A stretch of 64,000 bases of DNA, from NCBI GenBank assembly GCA_965214095.1, contig OZ243938.1, positions 384,001 to 448,000 on the forward strand, in the 5' to 3' direction. Source of the DNA: Candidatus Poribacteria bacterium (lineage in GTDB: Bacteria > Poribacteria > WGA-4E > WGA-3G). Numbering within the stretch: the first letter of the stretch is position 1; every line of letters starts with the position of its first letter. Positions 20,474 through 30,696 of this stretch are shown piece after piece. Position numbers and translations under genes: made by a program. Below the pieces are notes generated by a model. That model saw only the letters and a program-made list of their open reading frames with translations. It did not search any database and was not told the origin of the DNA.

Positions 20474-21274
20474 TTATGATTGGATAGTATTGTCTAATTG
20501 TAAGTCTTTTAGAATTCGTTGAACTACTTCTTTTTGATGTCCGCGTTCAGCAGGCTGCTCCAATTCATACACTTCATCGGTTATCAGGTGTTTGTGATCT
20601 TCTTTAGGCAAACCACCATGCGAACCGTTATCTATGTATCTATTGAAAACGGTGAAACGGGGATAGTCCTCAGTCCATCTTCTTGCTCCATGATAGAGAG
20701 CTTCAGTGAATATAACACAGTCTCCTGCATTGACTGGGACATTTATTACGGTAGGAGGACCATCGTAAATAGAGAGATTTTCAGGTGGGTCAAAGTTGCG
20801 TTTGTGGCTGCCGGGAAGGCAAACAAATCCTGTTCCTTCAGGTACATCAACTAATGAAGTACCTGCATTGATAAATCCTGCATAAGGTTCTCCATCTTCC
20901 ACTCCGTAATCCTGTCCGGATCCATGAAAATGAATGTCATCCGATGTTTTATGGTTTTTTGTCAATGCACAATCTACGAGACAAGGTGATCCACGCGTGA
21001 GAGCTATGACGACACGCATGATCTCAATGTTAAGCACAAGTCGTTGAAAGGCTGCATCACCGTATTGCACATTGTTAATCCAATGTGCGATAGTTGAATT
21101 ATAATCGTTTGTCCGTGATGTAGAAGACAATGGAGGAGGCAATTCCTCTAATGCCATATCGTGCCAACGATGTCCCAATTCAATCATCAACTGAATGTCA
21201 TCAGGTGGGACAACCTTACGTAAAATAATGAATCCGTGGTGGTCAAAAAACCATTTTTCTTCAGGTGTTAACAT
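20474..21274 (-). CDS. Phytanoyl-CoA dioxygenase (PhyH) family protein
   Basis: FFDHHGFIIL, LPGSHK, AGDCVIFTEALYHG. Confidence 0.85.
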   Translation of the reverse strand: MLTPEEKWFFDHHGFIILRKVVPPDDIQLMIELGHRWHDMALEELPPPLSSTSRTNDYNSTIAHWINNVQYGDAAFQRLVLNIEIMRVVIALTRGSPCLVDCALTKNHKTSDDIHFHGSGQDYGVEDGEPYAGFINAGTSLVDVPEGTGFVCLPGSHKRNFDPPENLSIYDGPPTVINVPVNAGDCVIFTEALYHGARRWTEDYPRFTVFNRYIDNGSHGGLPKEDHKHLITDEVYELEQPAERGHQKEVVQRILKDLQLDNTIQS

Positions 21275-21863
21275 TGGAATTCCTTTCTATCCATCGGTTG
21301 AACTCTTCTAAAGTTGTGACATTATCAGAAATTACTGCGCGATAGACAGCCATACTATTATACACATCACCGCGATAATCCGGACGTTGAGATATTGTGT
21401 GCTTTATACGTAGGATGGATGTTCGGTCAGCATTTTGAATGTTCTTGTGTAAAATATCAAATTCTTCCATGTGTGTTCTAAAATCTGTTTCACCATATCC
21501 CCATAGGTCTATCTTCCATTCTTGTTCATTGAAGAGAAGTAAGATACCCCAATAAAGTCCATGGTCAAATCCCGGAAAATTACGAATATAATGGTTCGAA
21601 AATGACATCTTTGTAATTTGGAACTTATTCGCAATTTTTGAGCCGATATCAAAGAACAAGTCAACATCCTGCTCATTTGGTAATATCATACTAATGTCAA
21701 TATCTCGCCATGTCATTGTATCTAAGGTGTAACTCCCAATAACGCGCGTTGTACCATATTGTTCCATGAGTGACAGCAAACCTTCATTGTTTAATAGATT
21801 GCTTGCTTCTTCCCGTATCAAACATGAATGTGAGAGAATATATTTATCAGTCATGACAACCAT
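21261..21863 (-). CDS. Hypothetical protein, nucleotidyltransferase-like motif
   Basis: GSY..D.M..RDID and WKIDLW resemble Pol-beta NTase motifs. Confidence 0.55.
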   Translation of the reverse strand: MVVMTDKYILSHSCLIREEASNLLNNEGLLSLMEQYGTTRVIGSYTLDTMTWRDIDISMILPNEQDVDLFFDIGSKIANKFQITKMSFSNHYIRNFPGFDHGLYWGILLLFNEQEWKIDLWGYGETDFRTHMEEFDILHKNIQNADRTSILRIKHTISQRPDYRGDVYNSMAVYRAVISDNVTTLEEFNRWIERNSNVNT

Positions 21864-22062
21864 ATTTGGTGATGGATTTCATTCAATATATGGATTTGGA
21901 TTCCGTTCCACTTCAGCAAGTAATGTATCAACATAAGTACTTATATGGAACAAACGAGAGGGTGAATTCCCTATTCTACCTTGTCTCAAATATCCAAGTG
22001 AATCCCAATACTCACCAAGTTTTGGACAATTTAGTCCAATACAATTAAACAGAAATAAGAAC

Positions 22063-23259
22063 TTAAACTGCACCGTGTTTTTTCAACAGTTTAACTATTT
22101 CTTCCGTACCTATTCTCCGTTTTTGTGTTGCTATTTGTAGTGGCGTTGTCCCTCTGTTAGTCTTGAAATTAGGATTTGCACCATTGAGAAGCAATTTCTC
22201 TATTGCTCCACGTTGTTTTTCACCATTTTTTATTGTTGAACGTATAGCTTCAATTAAAGGGGTTTCACCTTTATTATCTACTGCATCAATAGTCGCGCCA
22301 TTATCTATAAGCACATCAATGACCTTGATAAATCCTGCTTTTGAAGCACAATGTAATGCTGTTTTACCTTTGCTACTCTTGACATCAATATCCGCTCCGA
22401 GTTCGAGCAGTCTTAATACACTTTCGGGGTGTTCACCTTTATCCCCGCGACATGCATAAGGTAATGGAGGCCATCCCATGTGACAAGGTGCATTTATATC
22501 TCTTGATGGAACACCATGAGACTTGAGAAGAACACTCATTTCAGAATTGTCATCGTAGATACGTGGTGCCTGATTTGAATCTGCACCGTTTTCAAATAAC
22601 AACTTCACGATGTCAACTCTACCTACTGATACGGCATGATCAAGTAATTCTTTACTATATTGTTTGACTTCAGCACCCATTGAAATCAGTAGTTCAACTA
22701 TGCGAATATTTCCACCAACGATGGCATAAGAGATAGACGTTGCAGATTCTGAAAACCTATGTTCAACTGAATGCGGCTCACCAGAAGGAAGCATTACAGA
22801 GTCAAGATAACCCATGTTTACAAGATTAATATCGTTATCAAGTAGTGCTTGGGCAGTGTCATAATCACCGAGATATGCAGCAGTATGAATATCAATTATT
22901 GCACCATTCTTTTGAAGGAAATCTGCAACATCATCGCGTCCTTCGTGTCGTGCAACACAGTATGGTGTAATTTCAAGTGCGTGTTGACTCAGATGGCAAC
23001 CCGGTAAATTCATATTCGCGCCTTGTTCTACCAGATATCTAACCACCTCTAATTTTCCACGATACGCTGCTTCCCAAAGCATCGTTCGTCCGTGTGAACC
23101 GACTGTGTGAAGCCAATCAGGTCTATATTTTAAGAAATGTTTCACTGCATTGAGGTCACCACGTCCTGCGGCAGCAACAACAATCTTTAGAAAATCGCTT
23201 TCTTTCCCAGTGAGTTGTGTTTTTGGCATTGACAATTCCTTAAATTTGTCTGAACTCAA
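22063..23259 (-). CDS. Ankyrin repeat protein
   Basis: GRTMLWEAA, GKTALHCA, GETPLIEA, GTTPLQIA. Confidence 0.9.
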   Translation of the reverse strand: MSSDKFKELSMPKTQLTGKESDFLKIVVAAAGRGDLNAVKHFLKYRPDWLHTVGSHGRTMLWEAAYRGKLEVVRYLVEQGANMNLPGCHLSQHALEITPYCVARHEGRDDVADFLQKNGAIIDIHTAAYLGDYDTAQALLDNDINLVNMGYLDSVMLPSGEPHSVEHRFSESATSISYAIVGGNIRIVELLISMGAEVKQYSKELLDHAVSVGRVDIVKLLFENGADSNQAPRIYDDNSEMSVLLKSHGVPSRDINAPCHMGWPPLPYACRGDKGEHPESVLRLLELGADIDVKSSKGKTALHCASKAGFIKVIDVLIDNGATIDAVDNKGETPLIEAIRSTIKNGEKQRGAIEKLLLNGANPNFKTNRGTTPLQIATQKRRIGTEEIVKLLKKHGAV

Positions 23260-23285
23260 TGCTTATATTGCATTACAAACAGTGG

Positions 23286-24020
23286 TTAATTGTTATCAAC
23301 AACGCGCGGTCTACTACCGATAGATGGGGGCAAAAGCATACGTTTTTGTTGTTCAGTTAATTCTCCGTATTTACTAATGTCATAATAATTTCCTGACCAT
23401 GCCGAATGACCTGGACTATATTTATAGAGAAGTGCACGCCGTTGATGTCCTGCTTTCCATGGCATAGTTCCATGCACGAGCGCTTCAGTGAAAAACAGCA
23501 CATCACCCGCTTCAAGTGCTGGTTGGAGAACATAGTGTGTAGGACGTGAAAAGTTTCGTACTTCAGGTGGGATTTCTCTTAAAAAATTACTTTTGTGACT
23601 TCCAGGAATACAGGCAAATCCGCCAGCACCCTCAGGTGCATCTGCAAGATTATATGTCATTACACACAACCCATTACGCATAATACCGTCACGGTATTTA
23701 TACCAATGGTCACCTTCAGGACCACCCGGACGACCACCATCCTCACCCCCGTGCAGACCTCCACGATTTTCACTACCGCTCATAAAGATCGGATAATCGT
23801 GATCAAGACGTACATTTGGACCTAACAAATCGATGAGATATGGAAGGATTTTAGGATGATCAATGAGTTTCTTGAACGCTTCACCCCAAGCACTTGGTGG
23901 ACCTTGCATTCCACCTTTGTCAATAAAGTTGTTCATTTCTGACACTTCATCGTCAGTCAATACATTCTTGATAATCAGATAACCTTCAAGATCAACCATA
24001 AATTTTTCTTCACCTGTCAT
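23286..24020 (-). CDS. PhyH family dioxygenase (paralogue of 24306-25040)
   Basis: RLDHDY, GGLHGG, IPGSHK, FFTEALVHGT. Confidence 0.88.
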   Translation of the reverse strand: MTGEEKFMVDLEGYLIIKNVLTDDEVSEMNNFIDKGGMQGPPSAWGEAFKKLIDHPKILPYLIDLLGPNVRLDHDYPIFMSGSENRGGLHGGEDGGRPGGPEGDHWYKYRDGIMRNGLCVMTYNLADAPEGAGGFACIPGSHKSNFLREIPPEVRNFSRPTHYVLQPALEAGDVLFFTEALVHGTMPWKAGHQRRALLYKYSPGHSAWSGNYYDISKYGELTEQQKRMLLPPSIGSRPRVVDNN

Positions 24021-24085
24021 GAGATATATCTACCTTTCATTTTAAGTTTATACAAAATTCATAAGTTTTTACCAGTGATCTCTTT

Positions 24086-24291
24086 TATAGTAAAAACCAT
24101 AATTATTTACACACGACGGTAGGTTCGGTTTCCTAACCGAACCATAGGCGTCAATTTAAGGGGAATTACGTTATAACTCCATGCCGGTAGGTTCGGTTTC
24201 CTAACCGAACCGGTATTTGTTCAGTCTCATAGATGCGGTTAGAAAACCACATCTACCGTGGAGTGTGCAAGTAATTATAGATTTCACTATA
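24086..24291. mobile_element. Composite MITE: TATAGT shell, three GTAG-REP hairpins and a solo IS231-like end at 24143
   Basis: CGGTAGGTTCGGTTTCCTAACCGAAC twice; inverted GATGCGGTT variant ending CTACCG; CATAGGCGTCAATTTAAG fused to the first hairpin. Confidence 0.8.
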
Positions 24292-24305
24292 AACAATGTC
24301 TATTT

Positions 24306-25040
24306 TCAATTTGAGTCAACAACGCGTGGTCTCTTGCCGATGGATGGAGGTAAGAGCAAACGTTTTTGTTGATCAGTCAATCCATCATATTTGCTGATGT
24401 CATAGTAATTGCTCGACCAAGCAGAATGTCCCGGACTATATTTATATAATAAAGCACGTCTTTGGTAGTCTGCTTTCCAAGGCATTGTGCCGTGTATGAG
24501 TGCTTCAGTGAAAAACAGCACGTCGCCTGCTTCAAGTGCTGGTTGGACGACATAATGAGCAGAACGTTCAAAACTTCGCACATCTCTCGGTATTTCTGGT
24601 GCGAAATTACTTTTGTGACTTGCTGGTATACATGCAAATCCACCGCCACCTTCAGGGGCATCGGCAAGGTTATAGGTCATCACGCACAGACCATTTCGTA
24701 TAACACCGTCTCGGTACTTATACCAATGGTCTCCTACGTTTCCACGCGCATGACCCCCATCTTCTCCACCATGCAATCCACCTCTTTTTTCACCTTTATT
24801 CATAATAATTGCATAATCGTGATCCAAACGGACATGAGGTCCCAACAGTTCAATCAGATAAGGTAATATTTTGGGATGATCAATCAGATTCTTGAAAGAT
24901 TCACCCCAAATACTGGGACGACCTGCCATTTCACCCTTGTCAATAAAAGCGTTCATCTCATCCACTTCATCCTGAGTTAATACATTCTTAATTACGAGAT
25001 AACCATCAAGGTCTACTTGAAATCTCTCTTCACCTGTCAT
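24306..25040 (-). CDS. PhyH family dioxygenase
   Basis: Same length (244 aa) and motifs as the neighbouring paralogue. Confidence 0.88.
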   Translation of the reverse strand: MTGEERFQVDLDGYLVIKNVLTQDEVDEMNAFIDKGEMAGRPSIWGESFKNLIDHPKILPYLIELLGPHVRLDHDYAIIMNKGEKRGGLHGGEDGGHARGNVGDHWYKYRDGVIRNGLCVMTYNLADAPEGGGGFACIPASHKSNFAPEIPRDVRSFERSAHYVVQPALEAGDVLFFTEALIHGTMPWKADYQRRALLYKYSPGHSAWSSNYYDISKYDGLTDQQKRLLLPPSIGKRPRVVDSN

Positions 25041-25068
25041 ATTTGGACTTTCCTCTCTTTCTGTAATA

Positions 25069-25182
25069 ATACCATTTCTAATAGAAAACGCCGCATTTTT
25101 GTAGCATAAACTGCCAGTTTGTGCAGTCCTTCAAGACATTCTTAACAAATGTTAATGGGATAAACATTTATAGAAATGGTAT
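25069..25182. mobile_element. MITE with ATACCATTTCTA TIR and GTAG hairpin core (copy 1)
   Basis: 12-bp TIR; core GTAGCATAAACTGCCAGTTTGTGC; near-identical to 34654-34768. Confidence 0.85.
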
Positions 25183-25225
25183 AACATTACCAAAAGATAA
25201 CTTGTCATTATCAAAATAGGTGTTC

Positions 25226-25247
25226 GTAGTCGCGCAATTCATTGCGC
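25226..25247 (+). repeat. GTAG-type REP-like hairpin
   Basis: GTAGTC-GCGCAAT-tc-ATTGCGC. Confidence 0.5.
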
Positions 25248-25508
25248 CTCTTATATTCTCTGTCTTAGGTTGAATTCACAATCTCATAATGAACTATTCT
25301 TTATTAGAAAGCGTATAAGATCTATACAAGATTATTCAGCAACTTCTGCCACTCTAAATACGATATCTTCTTAGCAATTGATTATAGCAGCTCAATTTAT
25401 GATGTGTCAAAACGAATTCTCCAAATGTGTTTATCGGTAATTGCATCACTGACCTAGATATGGTATACTAAAGAACACTATACATCATTTTCTCAATCCT
25501 TTAAAAAT

Positions 25509-26228
25509 ATGTACATAGATTTACTCAGTTATCCATTGGTAGAAATACCAGCCGGACCATTCACGATGGGAACGTATCCGACAGGAATGCGGAAAACCGA
25601 CCCTGAAGAACCACAACGTAGTGTCACGCTGGATTCTTATGCGATTGGCATCTATCATGTAACGAATATGCAATATGCTCAATTTGTGAAGGAGACAGAT
25701 TACCAACAACCTATGTATTGGAGAGATGATCGTTTTAACTTGCAAGATTGTCCTGTTGTAGGTGTAAGTTGGTATGATGTTAACAATTTCATGGAATGGC
25801 TCAACAATCTGACTGATGCTAATTATCGTTTGCCAACTGAAGCGGAATGGGAGAAAGCAGCGCGCGGCACGGATGGAAGAGAGTATCCTTGGGGCAATGT
25901 CTGGGATGCAGATAGAACGAACACAGCAGAAACTGGTATAAAGAAGTTAGTCCCAGTTGGTAGTTATCCTGATGGTATTAGTCCTTTTGGTTGCTATGAT
26001 ATGGCAGGTAACGCTTATGATTGGTGTAGCGATTGGTTTCATATTGAAACATATAAATACGCACCCGCTGACAATCCAATGGGGGCAGTTGATGGAAGAC
26101 GAAAAGTGATACGCGGAGGTTCGTGGCAACCACGCGGTGAGTATGCAGCGCGATGTGCAAATCGTGCTGCAAAGGAACCAGCAAATTCGAGTCATAATGT
26201 GAGTTTCCGTATTGCAATAGATGCTTAA
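25509..26228 (+). CDS. FGE-sulfatase (SUMF1) domain protein
   Basis: RLPTEAEWEKAARG, YPWG, DMAGN, RGGSW. Confidence 0.9.
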   Translation: MYIDLLSYPLVEIPAGPFTMGTYPTGMRKTDPEEPQRSVTLDSYAIGIYHVTNMQYAQFVKETDYQQPMYWRDDRFNLQDCPVVGVSWYDVNNFMEWLNNLTDANYRLPTEAEWEKAARGTDGREYPWGNVWDADRTNTAETGIKKLVPVGSYPDGISPFGCYDMAGNAYDWCSDWFHIETYKYAPADNPMGAVDGRRKVIRGGSWQPRGEYAARCANRAAKEPANSSHNVSFRIAIDA

Positions 26229-26230
26229 AA

Positions 26231-27310
26231 ATGACAAAACTATCTACACCTGAATCCTATCAAGAGTTCCGTAATGCCTTGCTGAAATGGTTTGAGAAAC
26301 ATAAACGTGAAATGCCGTGGCGCGGGATTGATGACCCATACAAGATTTGGGTTTCTGAAGTGATGCTTCAGCAAACACAGGTAAAGAAGGTAGTTGCATA
26401 CTATGAAAGATTTATTAAGAAGTTTCCCGATGTTCAACACCTTGCCGAAGCACCTTTACAAGATGTTCTAAAAGTATGGGAAGGTTTGGGGTATTATGCA
26501 AGGGCACGGAACCTACATAAAGCAGCACAAATTATCATTCAGGAATATGCTGGTAAAATACCGAATGACTATGCAACCTTTCGTAAATTACCGGGCATTG
26601 GGGATTATAGTGCCGCAGCAGTCCATAGTATTGCCTTTAACGAACCCTATGCTGCAGTTGATGGGAACATAAAACGCGTTTTAGCAAGGTTGTTGCTAAT
26701 TGATGCACCTATCAACGATACTTCGTCAGCAAAACTATTTCAGCAGAAGGCAGACACACTATTAGATAAAAATGAACCTGGGCAATTCAATCAAGCGATG
26801 ATGGAATTGGGAGCGACTGTCTGTCGTCCTCAATCTCCCACTTGTCTTGTCTGTCCTGTGAATTTATTTTGCGGTGCGTTTCAAACTTCACGACAAGATG
26901 AATTTCCAATAAGACTCAAACGTGAGAAAGTACCAGAACATCACATGATTGCTGGCGTAATCTACAAAGGATCAGAAGTACTTATCGTACAACGTCCTCT
27001 TGAAGGATTACTTGGTGGTCTCTGGGAATTTCCCAACGATCAGATCGCTGAGAACGAAACTGCCGAACAAGCATGTATACGTCTTACGGCAGATGTCGTG
27101 AATCTTTCTGTCCGTAATCTAAAATACCTCACTCGAGTGAAACATGCATTCACACATTTTAAAATCGTTGTGGATGTGTTTGAATGCGATTATCAATCGG
27201 GTGAGGTAGTACTGAATGAACCGATTGACGCAAAGTGGGTAAAACTCAATGAATTGAAGGATTATCCACTTCCGCGTACAACCCACAAAATATTAGAGGA
27301 ATTAATTTAG
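26231..27310 (+). CDS. mutY: A/G-specific adenine glycosylase
   Basis: WVSEVMLQQTQV, GLGYYARARNL, VDGN, 4Fe-4S CxxxxxxCxxCxxxxxC, NUDIX-like C-terminus. Confidence 0.95.
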   Translation: MTKLSTPESYQEFRNALLKWFEKHKREMPWRGIDDPYKIWVSEVMLQQTQVKKVVAYYERFIKKFPDVQHLAEAPLQDVLKVWEGLGYYARARNLHKAAQIIIQEYAGKIPNDYATFRKLPGIGDYSAAAVHSIAFNEPYAAVDGNIKRVLARLLLIDAPINDTSSAKLFQQKADTLLDKNEPGQFNQAMMELGATVCRPQSPTCLVCPVNLFCGAFQTSRQDEFPIRLKREKVPEHHMIAGVIYKGSEVLIVQRPLEGLLGGLWEFPNDQIAENETAEQACIRLTADVVNLSVRNLKYLTRVKHAFTHFKIVVDVFECDYQSGEVVLNEPIDAKWVKLNELKDYPLPRTTHKILEELI

Positions 27311-28276
27311 AGAACCGAATTTTGCCTCGTATTTCTCCCAGACATCATCTGGAATTGGAGTACTTGCTGCGATTACATTGGCATTTAATTGTTCTTTATT
27401 CAGACTGCCAATGTTATTGCCATGAATCCTTTCTTCTCGCAAACAGAACTGGATGGCAAGTTGAAGTATACTAATACCTTCTTCAACACACCATTCCCAA
27501 ATTGGATATGCTGCTGCAACATCACCCTCTTTTTTCCATCGACCGCGTTCAATTTCATCATCAATGTTAACATCTGTTAGGATACCACGTAGAATTGACC
27601 AACCGTTCATCACACCGATATCTGCTTCAGCCGCAGCGGGAAGGATTGTGTCCTTCACAGATTGACGGACAAGATTGTAATCGTTAAAACACAAGAGAAG
27701 GTCAACATCTCCAGTTGCGATAGCTTTTAAGTGAAAATCGTGCGGGTGCATTCCATATCCGACAAATCGGACAAGTCCACGCTCTTTACATTTGAGTAAA
27801 CCTTCAAGCGTTCCACCCTTTTCAAGAGTGGGATCAATTGCTCTTGGATCATGTATCAACATACCGTCAAGATAATCAATATTTAGTATTTTTAGTTGAT
27901 CTTCAAGATCGGCAATTGTTCGGTCAGCAGAATAGTTTGGTTCTCCTTGTCCATAACCTCCCCAATCCGCACCAGAATGGCAACAGAGACGTGCTGTTAT
28001 GATGACATCTTCACGCGGAATCTCCTTCATTGCTAATCCAAGTTTCCTTAATGAATCTCCATAACACCGGGCACAGTCAAAATGGTTGCTACCGATAGAG
28101 ACGGCGTACTTAATCAAGTCAATTGCATCTTCATCTGATACATGCCCAAAATTGTTCCCGAAACCTTGTGTGCCATAAGGGATAACAGGGATACTTAATT
28201 CAGTTCTTCCTAATCGTCGTCGTGGTATAGTTGGTAATGATTGATTTGCCATTATAATCTCCTGATAAGCGCGCAA
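27302..28276 (-). CDS. Aldo/keto reductase
   Basis: RRLGRTEL, FDCARCYG, LIHD. Confidence 0.85.
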   Translation of the reverse strand: MRAYQEIIMANQSLPTIPRRRLGRTELSIPVIPYGTQGFGNNFGHVSDEDAIDLIKYAVSIGSNHFDCARCYGDSLRKLGLAMKEIPREDVIITARLCCHSGADWGGYGQGEPNYSADRTIADLEDQLKILNIDYLDGMLIHDPRAIDPTLEKGGTLEGLLKCKERGLVRFVGYGMHPHDFHLKAIATGDVDLLLCFNDYNLVRQSVKDTILPAAAEADIGVMNGWSILRGILTDVNIDDEIERGRWKKEGDVAAAYPIWEWCVEEGISILQLAIQFCLREERIHGNNIGSLNKEQLNANVIAASTPIPDDVWEKYEAKFGSLN

Positions 28277-28403
28277 TGCATTGCATTATGACCAGTTACC
28301 ACACATTACGCAATAGTTGTCCAGTCCATTTTATCTTGCAAAATATTTCTTGTTCCTATTTTTTATATGCTTCTCACATCTAAAAAATTAATAGAAGACA
28401 CAA

Positions 28404-29006
28404 CTACTGAAAGAGTTGTGAGACTGGACAGATAAATCCCGGCACAACATTTTCACCCGTGAGTGTGTCTTCGTACGTGAGCAGTGCAATATCTCTTTCA
28501 GAACGATAAACTGTCACCGTTTGGGAGTGGGGTTCAAGAATCCAGACAAGTCGTGTTCCAGCATTCAGATAGGCGAACGCTTTTTCCACAACGCGTGACT
28601 GTACATCTGTCGGTGAAATAACTTCAATCGCCAGGTCGGGAGGGACCAGAAAACCTTTATTTTCGTCTCCATCCAATCGGGTACTTGAAACAAACGCCAC
28701 ATCGGGTTTCAGTCCGCGTTCACCGACCCGAAAAGTTGCCTCAACATGTACCTCACCTAACTGATTCTGACGCACATGCTGGTCTAAATGTCGGATAACA
28801 TTCACACTAATCTTGCTATGTGCTCTTGTGGCTGGTGACATCGGCACTAATTCTCCTTTAACGTATTCATAACCCTCTATATCGTTTTCAAGAAATTCTG
28901 CCAATGTTATGGAGACTTTTTCTGGTGTGATAACCTCTTGGGTGACTTCGTGAAACTCTTGTTGTGTCATGGCTCTCTTACCCTTTTGATATTCAATAGT
29001 AATCAT
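28404..29006 (-). CDS. Uma2 family endonuclease
   Basis: EYVKGELVPM, PDVAF, PDLAIEVISP, GTRLVW. Confidence 0.9.
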   Translation of the reverse strand: MITIEYQKGKRAMTQQEFHEVTQEVITPEKVSITLAEFLENDIEGYEYVKGELVPMSPATRAHSKISVNVIRHLDQHVRQNQLGEVHVEATFRVGERGLKPDVAFVSSTRLDGDENKGFLVPPDLAIEVISPTDVQSRVVEKAFAYLNAGTRLVWILEPHSQTVTVYRSERDIALLTYEDTLTGENVVPGFICPVSQLFQ

Positions 29007-29014
29007 TGTACTAT

Positions 29015-29251
29015 TTAGGGTTCTGTTTTGTCAAGTGGATATGTCTCCTCTTCTTTTGATAACAGATACGGATCTTCCTTCGTCAATTCACCGTTCGGAA
29101 GTTCGTAGTAACGATGCCCGTTAATATCATACACATTCGGAATCCCTTTCTTGCGGTTCTCTTCTTGTGCCCTTTTCGCAGCACGGTTGCCAATTTGCAA
29201 AAACTTACGGGCTTGTTTGTATGTTTCAAGGCTCAATTCATCTTGACGCAT
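29015..29251 (-). CDS. Small hypothetical protein
   Basis: RBS GGAGG; AKRAQEENRKKGIPNVY. Confidence 0.6.
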   Translation of the reverse strand: MRQDELSLETYKQARKFLQIGNRAAKRAQEENRKKGIPNVYDINGHRYYELPNGELTKEDPYLLSKEEETYPLDKTEP

Positions 29252-29306
29252 TACGTACCTCCATACTGAAACCTAACAACTCACACAATTTGAAATTTGG
29301 TAAGCA

Positions 29307-29438
29307 CTAATGTTCTGTCTACACTTATCTTGTAGGTCGGGTAGAGGCACGAAACCCAACATGCAGCCATTTATCATCAATAAAGGCGGGTGTCGTCCCT
29401 CTACCCGACCTACAAGATAAGAATGGACACTCCACTAG
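29307..29438. mobile_element. REP doublet in a CTARTG...CACTAG shell
   Basis: Perfect 24-bp IR CTTATCTTGTAGGTCGGGTAGAGG (29324) / CCTCTACCCGACCTACAAGATAAG (to 29421); outer end overlaps the DUF1080 stop codon. Confidence 0.75.
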
Positions 29439-30055
29439 TATTGATCAGAACCATCATGTGGAAGCGGTACTGCCCAAATATTCTGATACCGAACTAAATT
29501 TCCGTGGTCTTGTAGACGTAGTGGACCAGGTTTCGCAGCATCGGAATCACTACCTCCACCTATGCCGGGTAACTGGACGTTATTTAGAATTACCAATCCA
29601 TTCTGTATGGCAGTAACTCTGACGTTTTCAATCATGTCACCAGCATCGTTGAAGCGAGGAGCACGGAAGATAACGTCATAAGACTGCCAATGAAGTGGTG
29701 GATTACAAGCGTTAACAAGAGGAGCGAATTGATTGTATATGGCACCACAATCGCCTTTACCCGGCACATCAATACCGTAGGAATCGAGTACCTGTATTTC
29801 ATACCTTCCTTGGAGAAAAACGCCACTATTACCTTTTGCCTGTCCACTTGCTTCGGGCATATCAGGACACATAAATTCAACATGTAGGAAATGATCAGTG
29901 AAAGTTTCTTTACTGGAAATGTCACCGGTGCGTGGTTCAACAATCATCGCGCCATCTTCGACTTTCCATTTCGGTTCACCGTCACGTCCTGTCCAATTAC
30001 TAAGGTCTTTTCCATCAAAGAGAATCACAGCGGATTCTGGGGGTGTTTGTAACAT
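29435..30055 (-). CDS. DUF1080 (3-keto-disaccharide hydrolase family) protein
   Basis: LFDGKDL, GNSGVF, YEIQVLD, LQDHG. Confidence 0.88.
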   Translation of the reverse strand: MLQTPPESAVILFDGKDLSNWTGRDGEPKWKVEDGAMIVEPRTGDISSKETFTDHFLHVEFMCPDMPEASGQAKGNSGVFLQGRYEIQVLDSYGIDVPGKGDCGAIYNQFAPLVNACNPPLHWQSYDVIFRAPRFNDAGDMIENVRVTAIQNGLVILNNVQLPGIGGGSDSDAAKPGPLRLQDHGNLVRYQNIWAVPLPHDGSDQY

Positions 30056-30085
30056 AAGTTTTCCTTTCTAATGCTATACATTTAT

Positions 30086-30656
30086 TTGACATACTCCCCC
30101 AACTAAAGCAGGGGGATTCTTTTGTCCCTCTGCACTGGGTAAATTCTGCGATCTACAGTGAATGCGAATGCCAGCAAAATATATTACCTTTATCCGTCTT
30201 CCATCACCTACTGCACTGGACGATGCCCCGCCCATTCACCTGTCACAGATTTTCACCTGCTTTAGATGGCAAGATTCTTTTTTGTGAAGTGGCACTGCTT
30301 CACCCGAAACAGTTCATTGTTGTCCTTCCTACCAGACACCCCGACACAACAAGAGATGACTTACTTCTCTTGGGGGTCTTTTATACAATATGTTTACTCG
30401 CTCCTTTTGAGAGTTCGCTATTTAGCGACTTTGGTAACGCATATCGCAGATATGTGCTGCATATCAACCCGCTCACGTATTCCAGTTCACATTCGACTGG
30501 CATGATATGGATGCTCTCCACCAACTTGCATGGCTAACGATGTAGTATTACATCTAATCTTTCGTTGGGCAGTCAGTGATACCCTGCACATGTTTTAGTC
30601 CTTAGTGGTGTCTACATCCCCGTGCTAAAGCATCGGGGTCTTGACACCGAAGATTG
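30086..30656 (-). mobile_element. Non-autonomous IS200/IS605-family element, no tnpA/tnpB
   Basis: Minus strand: TTAT|CAATCTTCGGTGTCAAGACCCCGATGCTTTAGCACGGGGATGTAGACACC (left-end hairpin) and GAATCCCCCTGCTTTAGTTGGGGGAGTATGTCAA| (right end). Confidence 0.8.
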
Positions 30657-30696
30657 ATAATTTATCCTCTGTATTATGACTTGAGGATTTCTTGCA

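Noticed and set aside
21879-22073. 64-aa ORF between the ankyrin and hypothetical genes
   Set aside because: No recognisable motif or RBS; possibly a gene remnant but unsupported
24117-24258. Repeated palindromes resembling a CRISPR array (also 55842-56006)
   Set aside because: Only 2-3 units, irregular spacing, mixed orientation, a GTAG/CTAC tail typical of REPs, and no cas genes
30372-30523. tmRNA-like words GGGGGT, TTCGAC and TCCACCA on the plus strand
   Set aside because: Spacing is wrong and no T-arm precedes TCCACCA; region lies inside IS605-type ends
30223-30537. Plus-strand ORFs of 104 and 79 aa as TnpA
   Set aside because: No HUH or catalytic Tyr motif and no RBS
30086-30656. IStron (group I intron) or group II intron call
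   Set aside because: Element ends in TCAA rather than a terminal G; no P7 or domain V consensus recognised by eye. A covariance-model search is needed to exclude it fully
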